Source: a virus. From it: a DNA stretch of 64,000 nt. The DNA lies in IMG/VR virus record IMGVR_UViG_2974694417_000001, positions 60,580 to 124,579 of that record. One strand, written 5' to 3'. The number at the start of each line of letters is the position of its first letter. The first letter of the stretch is position 1. The notes under the pieces were generated by a model. That model had not been told where the DNA came from. It saw only the letters and a list, made by a program, of their open reading frames with translations, and searched no databases. Position numbers and translations under genes: made by a program. Positions 59,951 through 64,000 of the stretch are shown in pieces.

Positions 59951-61648
59951 TTATTTGAATCTTTTATAAACAGGTGCTTTAATTTTCATGAAGCCATATG
60001 CATCATCATCTGGTTTCTTTCTCTTTCTTTTGCTTTCTGATTCTTCTAAATAAATCCAATAGAGACCATAAGCAAAAGCAGAGTACCTATCTTTTTGTAT
60101 TTTTTGAGATACCTGTTTAACAGTACCTGTATTACCATTATTTACATATTCGAGGTTCATGATTTCATCAACTAATCGGTCTGTCTGAATAAATGGTAAT
60201 AATTTATCAGCTTCTTTTCGTGGGTCTTTTTCTTTGATACTTGCTTGAATCTTAGACTCGGAAGTTAATATTTTAACATCATTGTTCGCAAATGTAGCCA
60301 TGAAGTGGTTAATGATGTTTGAGTTCTTAGTGCCTTTCTTTTGAGCGGATACTGCGAAAATCATAGGAATACTATTTGGTTTCTTATACTCAGCATAACC
60401 ATCATCATTTACAACACTATAAGGAGGGTTGTCATCGATTTCACTTGTTAAGTAATCGACCAATCCCCAACCCATACCATTAATATCGACACAGAGGATT
60501 GTCGCATTGAACTCGTTTACTTTTTGTTTCAAGAACTTGGCTTGATTCTCAAAGTGACTACCTTGCATTGTGAAAATATTAACTAAATGCTTAGTATAAG
60601 TTCCATCTCCTCTATCCTCAATACGTATTACTGCCAAAGAACTATTGGCTGTGTTGCCAGTTGTTGCTCTAGCTACGTCGTATGATAGAACGAATCTTAC
60701 ATTAGGATTCTTTTTATCTTCACTATTAATTTTCCACATTGGTTTCTCTAAAACACGAGCTTTACTTATTTCGTCTGCTGAGACTAATGATTTTTCACTA
60801 GAACCAGTAAAGACTGACCTAAACTCACGTTCAAATGAAAGTGGGCTATATGTAGGGTCTTCAAGTTTTTCATTAACATCATCTATATCAAGCGTTCCAA
60901 AATGTGTTCCCATCTCGTAACTCGTCCCAAGAACAATTGTCGGTTTACCCTGCTCCATCTCTTCATATAATGCCCTAAACTTATCATAACAATAAGATTG
61001 CTTATGAGAAGCCGTTGTAACATAAGCTTCTGTTTTAGAGTATTCGTTTTCTTTGTCAACACCATGACCAACAACGTTACGTGCTTGTGCAAGCATTGGA
61101 CGTATAACTTCATTAATTGTTTTTGCGTCCATACGTTCGTCAACTATTTCCTCTAGGGTAATTCCTTGTGCACGTAAACCACGTGAACTTTCACCTACTG
61201 TAAGAGTATCTAGTGTTGAACCGTTTTTGAAGACTAGCTTAACATAATCTTTTTCGAATTTACATTTATTGAAGATTAATTCATTTTTGAGTAATGGATA
61301 ATCTCTCCAAAACTCTTCGAACTTAGACTTAACTACTTTTGCAGATTGTTCTTTAGTTGGCATTGCGACTGCCAAGGCATTATTTGGATATAGAATACAT
61401 TTAACATAATTTGAAAGAAGTTCAATATATGTTTTAGAAATACCACGACTAGCTACAATTCCTACTCTCTTATAACGAAAGAAAGTTCGCATATAAACTC
61501 TTTGGAATGGAAGTAAATCAAACATTGTGGATTCTGTCTTGATATAATCTATGAATCTGTCTGGATACATTCTGAAATATGAAATCATATCTCTAAAACC
61601 ATCTTTAACATCTCCAAAATTATCATTAAATTCTTTAACTGATAACAT
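59951..61648 (-). CDS. Terminase large subunit
   Basis: Walker A-like ASRGISKT, RGLRAQGITLEE (Walker B), VTTA, SYDVAR and KDRYSAFAYG nuclease motifs. Confidence 0.92.
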   Translation of the reverse strand: MLSVKEFNDNFGDVKDGFRDMISYFRMYPDRFIDYIKTESTMFDLLPFQRVYMRTFFRYKRVGIVASRGISKTYIELLSNYVKCILYPNNALAVAMPTKEQSAKVVKSKFEEFWRDYPLLKNELIFNKCKFEKDYVKLVFKNGSTLDTLTVGESSRGLRAQGITLEEIVDERMDAKTINEVIRPMLAQARNVVGHGVDKENEYSKTEAYVTTASHKQSYCYDKFRALYEEMEQGKPTIVLGTSYEMGTHFGTLDIDDVNEKLEDPTYSPLSFEREFRSVFTGSSEKSLVSADEISKARVLEKPMWKINSEDKKNPNVRFVLSYDVARATTGNTANSSLAVIRIEDRGDGTYTKHLVNIFTMQGSHFENQAKFLKQKVNEFNATILCVDINGMGWGLVDYLTSEIDDNPPYSVVNDDGYAEYKKPNSIPMIFAVSAQKKGTKNSNIINHFMATFANNDVKILTSESKIQASIKEKDPRKEADKLLPFIQTDRLVDEIMNLEYVNNGNTGTVKQVSQKIQKDRYSAFAYGLYWIYLEESESKRKRKKPDDDAYGFMKIKAPVYKRFK

Positions 61649-61650
61649 TC

Positions 61651-62679
61651 TTAATTCTCCTCGTCATCAGCTACAATCTCAGGTTCTCCTTCTGACGTAT
61701 CATGGACACTAAAATCAATATCTTCCGATTTGATGTCTTCTCTCCAAGTATGGTCAACTTCAACATCTACTGGTTGGTCAGTAAACCTTTGTGCCCATTG
61801 TTTGTACCGCATCAACATAAGGTCAATGTCATCAGGATTTGTTTCGACAAGATTTGGTGGAATAAAACCTGAGTCACGTTCGATTTGAGCAACAATTTGA
61901 CCAAAACTTGTAACACCTGTTTTCTCTAAACTATCCTTCTCATCAATAGGTTGGAATCCAGAAACTTTTAATTTGTTCTGAAATGATTTGTCTAGTTTGT
62001 CATAATCACCAATGTTATCATCACTCAGAGCCCTTTGCTTCTTAACAGACAAAACAGACAATTCATACAAGAGATTAATAGCGCTTGTATTTTCAATAGT
62101 GAAATCATTTTTCATGTCAACGAAATATTTCTCTAGTTCAAGTATTTCATCGTCATCAAAGCTTGAATCTTTTCTGAGCCACTTTTTACGCAACTCATCA
62201 GTCAGCATAATTTTTTTACCATTGTTAGCTAAAATAAATACTGTTCCGTCCTCTTGTGAATCAAAGAGCTTTTCAAGGTCTTTAGATTCTTTTTCAGTAG
62301 CACGTTCTTCTTTGTTGAAGGCTAAGTATTCATCTTCTAATTTAAATTTGTTGTCTTTCTTGACTTCTAAAGTCAACTCTGAGTCGTTGTATGAAAGCTT
62401 TTTATATCTTACTTGATTCATAATCTTAAGATATTCTAAGATTGTTTCTCCTTTGCGTTTAATAGCGGAAGCCCAAGGGGTCTTCATAAGAGGAACATCA
62501 ACTTCATATAGCAACTTGGAAACATCAACGCTAAGGTCATTGCCGACAACGCTTACAATACATTCGTTACAGAGGTGATAATATCCATCAGGAAATCTAA
62601 CATTACTTTTTGTTTGATAGAAATTCTTTAAAGGTTTTTCTATTTTACAATTGAAACATTTTTTAGTATCAGCAATCAT
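61651..62679 (-). CDS. Zn-finger protein, putative terminase small subunit
   Basis: CFNC...CNEC at the N-terminus; directly upstream of terL. Confidence 0.55.
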   Translation of the reverse strand: MIADTKKCFNCKIEKPLKNFYQTKSNVRFPDGYYHLCNECIVSVVGNDLSVDVSKLLYEVDVPLMKTPWASAIKRKGETILEYLKIMNQVRYKKLSYNDSELTLEVKKDNKFKLEDEYLAFNKEERATEKESKDLEKLFDSQEDGTVFILANNGKKIMLTDELRKKWLRKDSSFDDDEILELEKYFVDMKNDFTIENTSAINLLYELSVLSVKKQRALSDDNIGDYDKLDKSFQNKLKVSGFQPIDEKDSLEKTGVTSFGQIVAQIERDSGFIPPNLVETNPDDIDLMLMRYKQWAQRFTDQPVDVEVDHTWREDIKSEDIDFSVHDTSEGEPEIVADDEEN

Positions 62680-62703
62680 TAAAAATCCTTTCTAAAATAT
62701 AAT

Positions 62704-62737
62704 AACCCTCTCATAGTATAAACCTTTTGAGAGGGAA
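62704..62737 (-). terminator. Terminator-like hairpin after the phosphoesterase gene
   Basis: CCCTCTCA...TGAGAGGG followed by TTATT on the minus strand. Confidence 0.55.
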
Positions 62738-62776
62738 ATCAACGTGTTTTTTAATTTTTTTTAACAAATTAGTTTG

Positions 62777-64000
62777 TTATTTTTCTCGAATATGTTCTAA
62801 GTCAATGTTGATTGGTTGTGCACCATGTTCATCAACCAAGATTATCATTTGAGAACCATTAGTGTAGAACCCTAAATTGCGAGAGTAATCATTGCTAAAA
62901 TTAAGACTTCCACTTGTAAATACTTTACGACCATGATTTTCTGTCTCCACTCGGAAGTTGTGAATATGACCTGTGAGAACATATGAAATCTTTTTATCAA
63001 GTGCACTAGAGTATCGAGTAAGCTTCGTAGTTCCTTGTTTAGAGAGGTCTCCGTGTTCCGCCAAGAAAGTATACCCTTTAACCGTAAACGTTCCGTGAGT
63101 ATGTTCATATCCAGATAAATCATAGTTCAAGTTAGGGTTGTCAATGCTATCAATCAATGTTGTTAGCATATTTGTAGCCATTTTAGAATATGAGTCTCCA
63201 TTAAGATTTTCACCCTTTTCACCTAGTCGTGAGTGATTACCCATTATATTACCAACATAAGTCACTTTAAACTCTGCTGATAATTTTGTCATATACTCAA
63301 AAATCCATTTAACGTATGTAGCAAACTGGTCTGAATTATGACCCCATGTTGTGGCTGTTGACGTTGGTTTATGCAATAGAGAATTTTCAATCTCATCTCC
63401 TAAGTCAAGAATCGTTACATGTTGAACATTAAACAATTTGTAATATTTAATTGTTTCTTGAAGAAGATAATCAAGTCTCATTTTCTGAGTTTCTTTTCCC
63501 ATATTATCAGTTGAGTTCAAACCAATGTGTAAATCTGACAAAACCGATACTGCTTCCGTACCAGAAATTTCTGGTGTTGGAAGTGGTTTGATATCAGTAA
63601 CATCAATTGAAATGTTAGAGATTGCTTCTACAATTTCTTCGTGAATAACAAGATTATCCGTCACATCACGTTTCATTTTGTTCAAAAGTTGTCTTTCTCT
63701 TGCAAGCTGTCGTTTAGACATGTAATTTTCGCCAATTACACTCTTAAGAGATTCTAATTTTTTATCAGTAACAAAGTCGACATATTTTTGATTACTTGGT
63801 AATAAGTCACGTTTCTTTTGTTCTGATTTTATGATTTGACGATATGCTTCTGAATTTTCAGACCCATAGAAACCTTCACGCTCCATGAGTTCTTTATGTT
63901 GTTTCCAGCTACAACGTTGAGATGGACTAGCATTTTGAAGTTCTATTTTGATTCGGATAGCAGTCTCAATGTGTTCGTCTGAAAGTTCTACTATTTCGCC
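62777..64000 (-). CDS. Calcineurin-like metallophosphoesterase with N-terminal helical domain; 5' end beyond the window
   Basis: SDLHIG, DLGDEIE, GNHSR, EHGD, GHIH. The frame stays open from 63886 to 64000 (GEIVELSDEHIETAIR...). Confidence 0.85.
   Translation of the reverse strand, partial: GEIVELSDEHIETAIRIKIELQNASPSQRCSWKQHKELMEREGFYGSENSEAYRQIIKSEQKKRDLLPSNQKYVDFVTDKKLESLKSVIGENYMSKRQLARERQLLNKMKRDVTDNLVIHEEIVEAISNISIDVTDIKPLPTPEISGTEAVSVLSDLHIGLNSTDNMGKETQKMRLDYLLQETIKYYKLFNVQHVTILDLGDEIENSLLHKPTSTATTWGHNSDQFATYVKWIFEYMTKLSAEFKVTYVGNIMGNHSRLGEKGENLNGDSYSKMATNMLTTLIDSIDNPNLNYDLSGYEHTHGTFTVKGYTFLAEHGDLSKQGTTKLTRYSSALDKKISYVLTGHIHNFRVETENHGRKVFTSGSLNFSNDYSRNLGFYTNGSQMIILVDEHGAQPINIDLEHIREK

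Noticed and set aside
39268-60920. Plus-strand ORFs opposite the structural genes, and short alternative-frame ORFs throughout the window
   Set aside because: They are shadow frames of long genes, lack RBS or promoter, and have Ser/Phe/Leu-rich antisense composition.
1-64000. CRISPR array, tRNA or rRNA genes, IS elements, diversity-generating retroelement
   Set aside because: No regularly spaced repeats, cloverleaf, transposase or reverse transcriptase seen. The Tal repeats are protein-level modules without adenine-specific variation.

Overview
AT-rich segment of a large Firmicutes siphophage genome. The gene set and order resemble SPbeta-like and lactococcal 949-type phages; this assignment is an inference. 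The plus strand (1-27.5 kb) is a replication and nucleotide-metabolism arm. It carries the C-terminus of a type II topoisomerase A subunit, a Dam-family methyltransferase, a nucleoside deoxyribosyltransferase, a PnuC-type transporter, anaerobic RNR (nrdD/nrdG), class Ib RNR (nrdH/I/E/F), thioredoxin reductase, guanylate kinase, dUTPase, a subtilase and DnaE, all driven by near-consensus sigmaA promoters. The minus strand (27.5-64 kb) is the morphogenesis arm, running from a metallophosphoesterase through terminase, portal, protease/scaffold, capsid, neck and tail genes, a tyrosine recombinase, a ~3280-aa tape measure protein, Dit, Tal, RBP and holin to a RuvC-like resolvase. The apparently broken genes are interrupted by seven group I introns: nrdD x1, nrdE x2, nrdF x2, dnaE x1 and tape measure x1. 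Four carry homing endonucleases (two HNH, one LAGLIDADG, one Vsr-like/EDxHD). All splice junctions could be rebuilt to restore conserved protein motifs. The most notable observations are: (1) the second nrdF intron appears to end in A instead of the canonical omega-G; (2) the two related nrdF introns sit at exactly equivalent positions of the two ExxH metal-ligand motifs; (3) an intron interrupts a virion structural gene; (4) the dnaE intron carries its endonuclease in the P1 loop, overlapping the internal guide sequence; (5) many promoters have their -35 box built into a terminator-like hairpin; (6) GATC appears absent despite a Dam-like gene. No tRNA or CRISPR array was seen. All motif and pairing calls were made by eye, without database searches.
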